Shown: piece after piece, positions 9,944 to 18,921 of the stretch
Layout: each line of letters begins with the position of its first letter
How positions within the stretch are numbered: the stretch's first letter is position 1
DNA from: an uncultured bacterium
GTDB taxonomy: Bacteria > Babelota > Babeliae > Babelales > Babelaceae
NCBI GenBank assembly: GCA_963713855.1
Contig: OY970209.1
Span: 800,001 to 864,000 of the forward strand
DNA: 64,000 nucleotides
Direction: 5' to 3'
Notes under the pieces: model-generated
Seen by the model: the letters and a program-made list of their open reading frames with translations, nothing else
Database searches by the model: none
Told to the model about the DNA's origin: nothing
Made by a program: the position numbers and the translations under genes

Positions 9944-11458
9944 ATGAAGTTTAAAGATTTGATTATTCCTTTAGCTTTGTCTCTTATTACCGTATGGGCC
10001 ATCCAATTTTTCTTTATCAAAGATGGGGACAAGAGTGATTCACAGCCTCGTCCTGGTCAAAGTTTTGTAGCTCCAACGCAGCAAGAAATGACAAAGCCGC
10101 TTCAAACTACTTTTGCTTTTACGCCTGAAGGGCATAAAGGCATACTTACTCAAGTGGATACCGAGTATGGGGTGGCTACTTTCTCAGAAGCAGGAGCTGT
10201 GCTTGATGAGCTGAGTTTTAAGCGCATTTTGAGTGGAAAAGAACGGGTGCTTACGCCTATTGGCCCTTCTTTAAAATACCCTGCATTTTCTCTCGCTTTT
10301 GGCCCTGTAACGCCCTCAGAATATACGCTTGTTCATCGTGATGATACGAATGAAACTATCCGTTTAAAGTATGAAGCGCAATCACCTCAAGGAACAATTA
10401 GCAAAGAATTTGTAGTGCATCGTACGCTACCTAAGATTGATGTACTGATTAGTATTGATCCCCATGGCCAGGAAGTGCAGCCCCGTCTTTTTATTCCTGC
10501 ACCTTCAGTTTCTGAGGCTGATGTAGATTATCCTCCTAAAGGTCTTGTGTATACAGATCGCCAGCGTCTACAAAAGCAAAAGATTCAGCAACTGACGAAT
10601 CAATTCTGGTTTGCACCTGCGCTTTTTGGTGCTGAAGATCGCTATTTTATTAATGCACTTGTGTCCGATCCTGACAATTTCACGCGAAGAGGTTATTATA
10701 CAGCCGATCAACCTATTGCATTCGTTCTTGAAGGGCCTACTATAAAGCAAGCTCAAACGTGGAATCTTTCATTTTACCTTGGTCCTAAAGATGCCCATAG
10801 CATGGATGCGGTTGATAAGCGTTTAAACGCGGCCCTTGATTATGGTTGGCTATCGCCGCTTGTTAAAGTGATGCTTACTGCTTTAAAATTCCTTTATAAG
10901 TACGTTAATAATTATGGCTGGGCGATCATTCTTTTAACTCTTATTATACGCCTTTTACTGCTGCCTATAACATTAAAAGGCTCAAGCCCAAAACTACAAG
11001 AAAGGCAAAAAGAGTATCAACGCAAAATGCAATATATTGAGCAGAAATTTAAGAATGATCCTGATGCACTTACACGTGAGCGGTTGGAGCTGACTCGTAA
11101 GTATGGTCTACCTGATATGCTTATTCGATTGCCACAGCTTTTGCAGATACCTATTTTGCTTGGACTTAACCGATTGCTATCAAGCTCTGTAGAGCTCTAT
11201 CAGGCTCCTTTTGTTGGTTGGATAACTGATCTATCGGCGCGAGATCCTTACTATATTCTTCCGATCTTGGCTGGTGCTGGTCTTCTTATACAAGCTATGG
11301 TTGATTCTGATATTCGTAAAGGTGTTACAATGCTTCTTGTAGCAGCTTTGATTGTAGCTTTTACGGCTCATTTATCAGCCGGTTTGACGCTTTATTTGTG
11401 TGCTAATGCTTGGCTTAGCTTAGCGCAGTCCTACCTGCAAAAGGTTTTTAAAGTATGA
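9944..11458 (+). CDS. yidC: Membrane protein insertase YidC
   Basis: N-terminal TM, periplasmic domain, LDYGWL, NYGWAIILLT, WITDLSARDPYYILPIL. Confidence 0.93.
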   Translation: MKFKDLIIPLALSLITVWAIQFFFIKDGDKSDSQPRPGQSFVAPTQQEMTKPLQTTFAFTPEGHKGILTQVDTEYGVATFSEAGAVLDELSFKRILSGKERVLTPIGPSLKYPAFSLAFGPVTPSEYTLVHRDDTNETIRLKYEAQSPQGTISKEFVVHRTLPKIDVLISIDPHGQEVQPRLFIPAPSVSEADVDYPPKGLVYTDRQRLQKQKIQQLTNQFWFAPALFGAEDRYFINALVSDPDNFTRRGYYTADQPIAFVLEGPTIKQAQTWNLSFYLGPKDAHSMDAVDKRLNAALDYGWLSPLVKVMLTALKFLYKYVNNYGWAIILLTLIIRLLLLPITLKGSSPKLQERQKEYQRKMQYIEQKFKNDPDALTRERLELTRKYGLPDMLIRLPQLLQIPILLGLNRLLSSSVELYQAPFVGWITDLSARDPYYILPILAGAGLLIQAMVDSDIRKGVTMLLVAALIVAFTAHLSAGLTLYLCANAWLSLAQSYLQKVFKV

Positions 11459-12054
11459 TCAATAAGTTGCCGACGTTGTTGCAGCTTTTAAAGGAGTTGC
11501 AGCAAGTCCCTTATCTGGCCTCTAAGCATATTTACCGCGTTGCAAATCACTTTTTAGAAATGGATGAGCGGCGTCTAGAGCAGTTTTGTACGGCAATTTC
11601 ACAAGCTCAGCAACGTCTTAAAAAATGTGCCGTCTGTTGGACTTGGCAAGAGATCGATAAAGCCTGTATATTTTGTAGTAACCCGAAACGCGATCAAAAA
11701 ACAATCTGTGTTGTAGAAACATGGTATGACGTTTGGGCAATTGAAAAGACAGAAAGCTATCAAGGAGCTTACCATGTGCTTGGTGGCTCGATCTGTCCGC
11801 TTGAAGGGCTAGGTCCTGAAGATTTAACCATTTACCAGCTTAGCGAACGTGTGAAGGAAGGTACTCAAGAACTTATACTCGCATTGAGTCAAACGCCTGA
11901 AGGAGAAGCAACCGGCGCTTATATTGCAAGAAAGCTTCAGGGTATGAAAATACAAATTACCTGTTTAGCGCGAGGCATGCCAGTCGGATCAGCCCTTGAA
12001 ACATTGGATCGCCTTACGCTTCATAAGGCACTAAATGAACGTAGACCTTTTTAA
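11455..12054 (+). CDS. recR: Recombination mediator RecR
   Basis: C4 zinc finger, ICVVE, YHVLGG, PEGEAT, LARGMPVG. Confidence 0.95.
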   Translation: MINKLPTLLQLLKELQQVPYLASKHIYRVANHFLEMDERRLEQFCTAISQAQQRLKKCAVCWTWQEIDKACIFCSNPKRDQKTICVVETWYDVWAIEKTESYQGAYHVLGGSICPLEGLGPEDLTIYQLSERVKEGTQELILALSQTPEGEATGAYIARKLQGMKIQITCLARGMPVGSALETLDRLTLHKALNERRPF

Positions 12055-12069
12055 AACGAGGAGATACTT

Positions 12070-12180
12070 ATGAAGAAACAACTCTTTTTTGTATTCATAC
12101 TAGTGTGCTTAACTATTCTTTGTCCAGATTGTAGAGGCACTACGCCTGACAATCAAATATCTCACACTTGCTTAGTCTGA
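12070..12180 (+). CDS. Small (36 aa) signal-peptide/TM protein, not in the ORF track
   Basis: GAGGAG RBS; MKKQLFFVFILVCLTILCPDCRGTTPDNQISHTCLV*; terminator follows. Confidence 0.55.
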   Translation: MKKQLFFVFILVCLTILCPDCRGTTPDNQISHTCLV

Positions 12181-12191
12181 TTACGATATAT

Positions 12192-12221
12192 AAAAGGCTT
12201 ACAACATCTGTAAGCCTTTTT
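12192..12221 (+). terminator. Intrinsic terminator
   Basis: aaaaggcttaca-acatc-tgtaagcctttt. Confidence 0.75.
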
Positions 12222-12238
12222 AAATCTTCAAACAAAAT

Positions 12239-12913
12239 ATGACCAAACAATTTGTTATAGAGCTGCAAAAATCTTTCATCGAAGCGGCAGATAGCAAGAC
12301 CGCACAATCGCAATCAGCTTATATGCGAAATCAGTTTGCTTTTCTTGGGCTGCCAAAGCCTAAAAGAGCACTTTTACAAAAGCTTCTTTTTAAGAAGTAC
12401 ACTATCGCGAATGAGCACGATTTAAAAGAAGCAATTCTTTTGCTGTGGGATTTGGACGCTCGTGAGTTTCAATATGTTGCAGTTGATTTAGCCATTAAAT
12501 ACAAAAAACTTTTTTCTCCCACAAGCATCAGTTTTTTTAAAACTCTTATTATGAAAAAGTCTTGGTGGGATACCGTTGATCACCTTGCTATTAAACTTGT
12601 TGGTTTTTTAGCTAGTAAGCATCATCACCTTCTGCCTGCGCTCAAAGATTGGGCCAAAGATGATTGTATGTGGGTGAGAAGAACGGCGCTTTTATTTCAA
12701 ATACAGTGGAAGAAAAACACGCTTGAGGAAGTGCTTTTTGGGCACTGCCAGTCTTTAATGCACGAAAAAGAGTTCTTTATACGCAAAGCAATTGGTTGGT
12801 CACTAAGACAATATTCAAAAGTAAGTCCGCAGGCTGTAAAACGATTTATAGACTTACATCGCGCTCATTTAAGCCCACTTGCTATTAAAGAGGGTTACAA
12901 GTACCTAAAATAA
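12239..12913 (+). CDS. alkD: DNA alkylation repair protein (AlkD-like glycosylase)
   Basis: AYMRNQFAFLG, REFQY, SWWDTVD, EFFIRKAIGWSLRQY. Confidence 0.88.
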   Translation: MTKQFVIELQKSFIEAADSKTAQSQSAYMRNQFAFLGLPKPKRALLQKLLFKKYTIANEHDLKEAILLLWDLDAREFQYVAVDLAIKYKKLFSPTSISFFKTLIMKKSWWDTVDHLAIKLVGFLASKHHHLLPALKDWAKDDCMWVRRTALLFQIQWKKNTLEEVLFGHCQSLMHEKEFFIRKAIGWSLRQYSKVSPQAVKRFIDLHRAHLSPLAIKEGYKYLK

Positions 12914-12990
12914 AACTCTCGTAATTGCTTACGCGAGTAGCGCTAAAGCCCGCGGCTTACATCTCGCTTTTCCATTGATTTGATCACCTT

Positions 12991-13140
12991 GAATTGGTTG
13001 TGGTTGATCGGTTCTACCCTTCGTCTAAATAATGCCATAAATGTCTTGCTATCAATGATATGCTATCGATAAAAGAAAGAACATGAACCTGTCCTTACTG
13101 CTCTTCCTTTCTTGCGAGAGATCTGAATGCAGCAATATAG
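12991..13140 (+). pseudogene. tnpB: tnpB C-terminal fragment (zinc ribbon and RuvC III)
   Basis: Manual translation: ELVVVDRFYPSSK*CHKCLAINDMLSIKERT*TCPYCSSFLARDLNAAI*. Confidence 0.85.
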
Positions 13141-13273
13141 AAAGGCAAAGAGTTGGCACAGAAGAGATAGGTCTATCTCCCTGTCTCATAACTTAGGAAG
13201 CGTCAGACTATCCAAGATAGCTGCTTCCGTTTGAAGTTAGAATTCCTCGACTTCAGTCGTGGGAGTATTTCAA
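13141..13273 (+). ncRNA. TnpB omegaRNA/reRNA-like scaffold (right end)
   Basis: Nested stems aactt/aagtt, ggaagc/gcttcc, ctatc/gatag, then the terminal hairpin cctcgact-tc-agtcgtggg and a TCAA end. Confidence 0.6.
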
Positions 13274-13287
13274 GAACCTAAACCGGC

Positions 13288-13356
13288 ATATTTTGTCAAG
13301 CTAAAGAACCTCGCGAAATAGCATTTGTTTCGGGGGGTTCTTTCATTACATAGGAT
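13288..13356 (+). repeat. Direct repeat copy 1 (hairpin-containing), paired with 14712-14780
   Basis: atattttgtcaagctaaagaacctcgcgaaatagcatttgtttcggggggttctttcattacataggat. Confidence 0.7.
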
Positions 13357-13504
13357 AACTCCACCAACCCGATTTGACAGGAGCTTGGAGTAGCAGTAAG
13401 GTTTATTTCGACAGAAATCATTGTTTAGCACACATAAGAAATATTCGTCCTTGGAGCTCACGAATATTGGCAATAAACGATAAGACTCATAAAGGAAAAA
13501 GTCA

Positions 13505-14698
13505 ATGAAGATCGCTACTATTTGTATCACAATCTTATCTATGCTCATGCACATACAAATGAAAGCTATGTGCGGAACATCCTACGCTTTACCCTCTGGG
13601 TCAACTTCTCCGGATGCGATAGCATATGCGCCATCAGGGAATTATCTTGCTACTGCTAGTCGCTACTCAGATAATGTTACGGTATTTACCGTAGGAGCAG
13701 GGGGAGTGTTGAGCGCAGGAACATCCTATGCTTTACCTACTGGTTCTACTAGCCCTTTCTCAGTAGCATTTTCGCCATCAGGCAATTATCTTGTTACTGC
13801 AAATTTTAACTCAAGTGATGTCACGGTTTTTGCGGTAGGGACAGGGGGAGCATTAAGTGGTGGAGCATCCTATGCTTTACCTTCCGGTTCTGCTAATCCT
13901 GCTTCAGTAGCATTTTCGCCATCAGGCAATTATCTTGCTACTGCTAATCTTAACTCAAGTGATGTCACGGTATTTACGGTGGGGGCAGGGGGAGTATTGA
14001 GTGGAGGAACATCTTATGCTTTACCTTCTGGTTCTATTTATGCTCAGTCAGTAGCATTCTCGCCATCAGGCAATTATCTTGCTACTGCTAATTATACCTC
14101 AAATGATATCACAGTATTTACGGTAGGGGCAGGAGGAGTATTAAGTGGAGGAACATCCTATGCTTTACCGTCTGGTTCATACGGTCTTTGGTCAATAGCA
14201 TTTGCACCATCAGGTAATTACGTCGCTACAGTTAATAATAACTCAAGTATTGTCACGGTATTTACGGTAGGTTCGGGGGGAGTATTAAGTGGTGGAACAT
14301 CGTATGGTTTACCATCAGGTTCCACGGCTCCTCGCTCAGTAGTATTCTCGCCAACAGGCAATTATCTCGCTACCGCTAATTACGGCTCAAATGATGTCAC
14401 GGTTTTTGCAGTAGGGACAGGGGGAGCATTAAGTGGTGGAGCATCCTATGCTTTGCCTTCCGGTTCTACTTCTACTTTCTCAGTAGCATATGCGCCATCA
14501 GGTAATTATCTTGCTACTGCTAATATTAACTCAAATGATGTAACGGTTTTTACTGCCCAGTGTTCAACAACAAGTACCACTACCACCACAACTCCGCCAA
14601 CAACAACGTCAACAACAACGTCAACATCTGCTGCCAGCACTTTAAACAGCTTTATTATTTCGGGTTTATCATTTTTACGCGATAATAAAGACGAATAA
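13505..14698 (+). CDS. Secreted 7-bladed beta-propeller repeat protein (lactonase/YncE-like fold) with a Thr-rich stalk
   Basis: Signal peptide; seven 48-aa repeats of GTSYALPSGSxxPxSVAFSPSGNYLATANxNSxDVTVF; S/T-rich tail. Confidence 0.88.
   Translation: MKIATICITILSMLMHIQMKAMCGTSYALPSGSTSPDAIAYAPSGNYLATASRYSDNVTVFTVGAGGVLSAGTSYALPTGSTSPFSVAFSPSGNYLVTANFNSSDVTVFAVGTGGALSGGASYALPSGSANPASVAFSPSGNYLATANLNSSDVTVFTVGAGGVLSGGTSYALPSGSIYAQSVAFSPSGNYLATANYTSNDITVFTVGAGGVLSGGTSYALPSGSYGLWSIAFAPSGNYVATVNNNSSIVTVFTVGSGGVLSGGTSYGLPSGSTAPRSVVFSPTGNYLATANYGSNDVTVFAVGTGGALSGGASYALPSGSTSTFSVAYAPSGNYLATANINSNDVTVFTAQCSTTSTTTTTTPPTTTSTTTSTSAASTLNSFIISGLSFLRDNKDE
13574..14563 (+). repeat. 144-bp intragenic tandem repeat, 7 copies
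   Basis: Recurrent tcgccatcaggcaattatcttgctactgc units at 144-bp spacing. Confidence 0.9.
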
Positions 14699-14711
14699 AG
14701 CCATTTTTTGG

Positions 14712-14780
14712 ATATTTTATCAAGCTCACTAACCCCCGAAATAGCAGTCGTTTTCCGGGGGTTAGTTTATTATGCACGAT
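14712..14780 (+). repeat. Direct repeat copy 2, likely terminator of the propeller gene
   Basis: atattttatcaagctcactaacccccgaaatagcagtcgttttccgggggttagtttattatgcacgat. Confidence 0.7.
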
Positions 14781-15469
14781 TTTTAAAATGTGTTCTAATA
14801 ATTTTTCAGAAGGGTAAGCGTGCCTTGATTGAGCCTGTTCCAGCCGAGCGATCGAGGGTCGATGTAAGCATAATCCAATTCGATATAGCCACCGTTTCAA
14901 TGCCAAAACAATAAGAACACTGATCCACTTTTTGAAAAAGGCGGCTTAGGCTCTATTTTTTGCCTCAAGTATGATTTCTTCGATGGAAAGAGGTTGTGCA
15001 GCGGCGAGTGAAGGAACTGAGCATGAAACTATTTTTGCTTGAACCTGAACGGGATACAACGCAATGGTTTGTTCGAGTGCCTCAATTTTTATCTCGTTGG
15101 CTGACCGACGCGAAGATCTATTACTCTTCTGCGGAATTAAAAGCTGCTTTAATAAAGAGTCAGCTTGTTAATAAGAAAGAGTAGTTCTTTTGAATGCTGG
15201 TCGCTAAAGCTTGGATTTTTTTTTACGTTGAATCGAGGCAGAAACAGCGTTGATCATGCTCACTTGAGTTCTTGTCTAGTAAAGTCATTATAGCTTATTT
15301 CAAAGGCAACTAAGAAAAATTCGCCGAGACTAAAGGTATGCTTGCGGTGATTGAGGTTGCATAAGTTTACCTTGGGAGCATACGATGTGCCAGCAATCAA
15401 TTTACAATATACAGTTATTGTATAATTCGCTATTATAACTATTGTTTGGCTTAAAGATTAGGACTCAAT

Positions 15470-16171
15470 GTGCTAAAAAAACTTATTTTTTACGCTCTGT
15501 TAGGTAGTTTTTTACTTCCTTTTAATGAGGGTTTTGGATTCAGTTCATTTCAAAGCTCTCACACGCAAGGGCTGTGCTTTGTTTTGGATAGTGTGCATGT
15601 GGTACAGATTGGGCGACCCGAAGAAAAAACATACGCGATAGCTCTTGGTAAAGAAGTCAAAGGGGTACAGGGAAGTTTTCTTGATGAAGCTACTCTTAAG
15701 CTCTATCTCCTGGTTGCGCTTAATGATGAGCAAAGTCAAAATTACTGGGAAAGCGATCTAAGCACCATAATGGCAAATTTTAAGCAAAGTATGAAAGAGA
15801 GCCCAGATCATCCTCTTATTATGAGATGCGAGCAAAGAGAAGGGCTCTTTTATAGAATTTGGTATGCGCTCTTCGAGGACCGAACGAGCATCGAAGCATT
15901 TTCCAGTGACTGTTCGGCTCAGTGGATATCATTATCCGAAGACCTAATGAAAGTTGGAAAAGTATCTTTTCCGAAAGAGCCCCCTGCAGAACTTATTGAA
16001 TCTCAAAAGTCCTTTGATTCAACCGTAGGTACTATAAAAGAAGAATTGGTATCGTTAGAAGAAGAAGCGAAATTCCTACTCCCGGTTGCTGATTTTGTTA
16101 AAACTTATGGTGATAATGGCTCATTTATAGAATTTCTAGATTACGAAAATAACACCGCAAGTAATGAATAA
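15470..16171 (+). CDS. Secreted hypothetical protein
   Basis: 233-aa ORF with signal peptide. Confidence 0.7.
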   Translation: MLKKLIFYALLGSFLLPFNEGFGFSSFQSSHTQGLCFVLDSVHVVQIGRPEEKTYAIALGKEVKGVQGSFLDEATLKLYLLVALNDEQSQNYWESDLSTIMANFKQSMKESPDHPLIMRCEQREGLFYRIWYALFEDRTSIEAFSSDCSAQWISLSEDLMKVGKVSFPKEPPAELIESQKSFDSTVGTIKEELVSLEEEAKFLLPVADFVKTYGDNGSFIEFLDYENNTASNE

Positions 16172-16390
16172 AAGCTAATGAACTTCGGCAGGTTAGCCAG
16201 AGCTAAGGACCTGCAATCTAATATCATCCGCTAAGCCATACCGGGCGTAGGCGCGAAAGCTCTCGCTTCCGTTTTTTAGAAACCACTAAAAGTACAGGTG
16301 TCGTAATAGGATAAGATTGAGTTATTCTATGCCATGAAGTATTGTAGTATGTGTACCTATTTTATAAGGCTTTTCTAACGAAATACGATT

Positions 16391-17701
16391 ATGGCACAGC
16401 AAAAACAAAAGACAAGTTTTCTTTCTCGTCGTCAGCATCTTATTGAAAAAATTAAGGCTCAGCATCCTCACATAACTAAGGGATGCGTGCTTGTGATCTC
16501 AAATTTTGAGTGTGAACGTTTAGAATTTAGGGCTGAAAGCTCTTTTTACTACTTAACTGGTATTCAAGAGCCAGCAGCTTTTCTTTTAATCGATCTAGAT
16601 GGAAAAACTGATCTGTATCTTCCCTCCTACGCTACTAAAAGGGCTGAATGGATCGCAAATCCTTTAATACTTGAGTCAGTGTTACCAGCGGATATGGGCA
16701 TTGAAAAGCTCTTGCCTTTGGGTGAGACGGTTAAAGGGTATAGCTTTCCTCTGCTTTTTTCTCAGGGCTCTGTAAAAAATCTTATAGAACGCATGAATTC
16801 ATATATTAATGCTGGCGGAACGGTATTTACGCTTAAAGATGAAAAACCAACACACTATGTAGAACAGAAAGTCACGCTTGAGCGACTTATAAGCGTCGTG
16901 CCAAAACTTGGTGAGCATTTGGTAGATATTTCTCCGCTTGTGGCACATATGAGGCGCAAAAAGTCGCATGATGAGATTGAGCTTATGTACAAAGCTGTTG
17001 AAGTGACCGTTGTAGCGCAAGAGGGAGCTGCAGCCTCTCTTGAAGAGTCAAGCAAAGAGTATGAAATACAAGCGGGTATCGAATATATTTTTCGTGAATC
17101 CGGTGCTCGTCCTGCATTTCCAACGATTGTCGCTACAGGAAGCAATAGCGTCATTCTCCATTATACACCCTCTGGTAGAGCCATGAGGAATGGGGAACTA
17201 GTGCTTGTAGATATTGGTGCAGAGGTGGGTATGTATTGCGCAGACATCACGCGCACTTATCCCGTGTCTGGCGCATTTACTAAAAGGCAGAAAGAAGTAT
17301 ACCAGGCGGTGCTTGATACACAGGAATACGTTGCAAGTTTGGCGGCTCCTGGATATTGGATAAGAAATGATGCCCAGAAAGATAAGTCATTGCACCATTT
17401 GGCGCTCTCATTTCTAGAAAAAAAAGGATACGGCCGCTATTTTGCTCATAATATTGGCCATTTTCTAGGGCTTGATGTTCATGACGTTGGAGACATCAAC
17501 CAACCACTCGAGCAGGGCGATGTTATAACTATTGAACCGGGTATTTATATTCCTGAGGAAAAACTAGGTATTCGCATCGAGGACGACTACTGGATAATCA
17601 AGGATGGTTGTATTTGCTTAAGCCAGGACCTTCCCAAAGATATCGACTCAATCGAAGCTCTTGCAAGCATCGACCTCTTGAGTGAAGACGAAGATGAATA
17701 A
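16391..17701 (+). CDS. pepP: Xaa-Pro aminopeptidase (M24B)
   Basis: FYYLTG, LVDIGAE...YCADITRT, HNIGHFLGLDVHD, TIEPGIY, GIRIEDD. Confidence 0.93.
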   Translation: MAQQKQKTSFLSRRQHLIEKIKAQHPHITKGCVLVISNFECERLEFRAESSFYYLTGIQEPAAFLLIDLDGKTDLYLPSYATKRAEWIANPLILESVLPADMGIEKLLPLGETVKGYSFPLLFSQGSVKNLIERMNSYINAGGTVFTLKDEKPTHYVEQKVTLERLISVVPKLGEHLVDISPLVAHMRRKKSHDEIELMYKAVEVTVVAQEGAAASLEESSKEYEIQAGIEYIFRESGARPAFPTIVATGSNSVILHYTPSGRAMRNGELVLVDIGAEVGMYCADITRTYPVSGAFTKRQKEVYQAVLDTQEYVASLAAPGYWIRNDAQKDKSLHHLALSFLEKKGYGRYFAHNIGHFLGLDVHDVGDINQPLEQGDVITIEPGIYIPEEKLGIRIEDDYWIIKDGCICLSQDLPKDIDSIEALASIDLLSEDEDE

Positions 17702-17817
17702 AGCTATATCGAGAGTTTGCCAATCAAACAACTAGTTTCACCCGATTTTTATTGACTGATATATACTATTGTGTAATCTAAGTTATTATGATTTTTTATA
17801 TTAGTAAGGAAATGCGA

Positions 17818-18858
17818 ATGATAGTCCGTTTTGCCATTCTGAATCTTTTATTGTTGCTCACGTTTAATGCTTTTTCGGAAGTCGTAGTACGTCCCTATGA
17901 TCCTCAGCGCGATTATGATGCGGTAACAGAACTATGCCAAAGATATTGGCAAGAGCTAGGTGAAATGGAAGAAACCTGTTCCACCTCATTTGCGGATGAA
18001 ATGTATACGCTGTCTTCTCCTCAAATGGCTAGTAAGGCAGATACTTTTGCTAAAGTAGTTGACTCAGACGGTGTGACCGTCGGATTTGCAATGTATCGAG
18101 CTCCACTTAGACAAGGGTTGGTTCTTTTTGACTCGCTGGTTAAAAACTTTTGGCAACTTGCAAAATATGACAGACAAGAAATCGCTTTACTAGATGAAAA
18201 AATGGCCCATCTTTATTATATAGCGGTTCACCCGGATCATCAAAAAAAGGGGTATGCAAAATTGCTCTTGGATACCATAGGTGCTGACTTGAAAGAAAAG
18301 GGTTATATAACTCTCTTGTCGCAGGTTGAGAAAAATAACCCCCAAGCGATGCGTTGGCATGAAAAACAAGGTTTTAAGAGGCACATATCAGAAGCTGCTT
18401 ATAGTATTGTTGAAGAGGTGTCTCGTCTTACCTCTCAATCTCTTGACCGTGAGCTATTTCATTTGGATTTTGTAGAGAGAGAACCTGACGCATTTTTGCG
18501 CATGGATCTTGCAAGCTGCATAAAAAAGTTAGAGAATAAGCTCGAAAAAACAGCCTCTGAAAAATGGTCACTCAATAGCTTACAAATAGCTTTTTCGCGC
18601 CATATTGCGAACCGCTTTTCTCCTACTATTTCTTGGCCACCTGATGTGATCCAAAAGATAGCTCGGCGTTACCTTCAAGCTCTCGATCGCCAAGATACGT
18701 ATAAGTTTGCTGCGCATCTTCTCAAATTACCTTCTTTGCCTAAGAAAGAACGAGCTCTCGTGACTCAAATCCTAGATACTATGGATAGTAATGAGTATAA
18801 GATTCATTCACCTGAAGACCTTAAGAAATTCGATTTTCTTAACGATATAGCTTTTTAA
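17818..18858 (+). CDS. GNAT acetyltransferase with signal peptide
   Basis: YIAVHPDHQKKGYAKLL (motif A), NPQAMRWHEKQGF; N-terminal signal peptide. Confidence 0.85.
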   Translation: MIVRFAILNLLLLLTFNAFSEVVVRPYDPQRDYDAVTELCQRYWQELGEMEETCSTSFADEMYTLSSPQMASKADTFAKVVDSDGVTVGFAMYRAPLRQGLVLFDSLVKNFWQLAKYDRQEIALLDEKMAHLYYIAVHPDHQKKGYAKLLLDTIGADLKEKGYITLLSQVEKNNPQAMRWHEKQGFKRHISEAAYSIVEEVSRLTSQSLDRELFHLDFVEREPDAFLRMDLASCIKKLENKLEKTASEKWSLNSLQIAFSRHIANRFSPTISWPPDVIQKIARRYLQALDRQDTYKFAAHLLKLPSLPKKERALVTQILDTMDSNEYKIHSPEDLKKFDFLNDIAF

Positions 18859-18865
18859 AGCCAAA

Positions 18866-18904
18866 AGAAAAGAGAAAAGGAGCAAGAACTCCTTTTCTCT
18901 TTTC
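18866..18904. terminator. Bidirectional terminator
   Basis: gaaaagagaaaaggag-caagaa-ctccttttctcttttc. Confidence 0.75.
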
Positions 18905-18921
18905 GCTCGTTTTATTTCATC

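Larger units (their letters stand above)
12914..13273 (+). mobile_element. Non-autonomous, internally deleted IS200/IS605-family element
   Basis: Left-end-like hairpins (ctcgtaattgcttacgcgag; gctaaagcccgcggct), a tnpB C-terminal fragment, and a right end ...agaattcctcgacttcagtcgtgggagtatttcaa. The left boundary is uncertain. Confidence 0.75.

Noticed and set aside
12166..12180. CaaX prenylation motif in the small peptide
   Set aside because: The Cys is third from the end (TCLV), not fourth.
13574..14563. CRISPR array or DGR template/variable repeats
   Set aside because: The repeats are in-frame 144-bp coding units with no spacers, and there are no cas or reverse transcriptase genes in the window.
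14728..14767. Integron attC site (actaac...gttagt)
   Set aside because: Too short, imperfect RYYYAAC/GTTRRRY match, and no intI present.
14820..14866. REP-like GAGC..GTCGA motif
   Set aside because: Single degenerate copy with no supporting repeats in the window.
14996..15184. 62-aa ORF
   Set aside because: No recognisable motif; possibly a gene remnant, but it cannot be supported.
16188..16278. Two hairpins after the 15470 gene as an sRNA or riboswitch
   Set aside because: No known motif; adequately explained as a terminator region.
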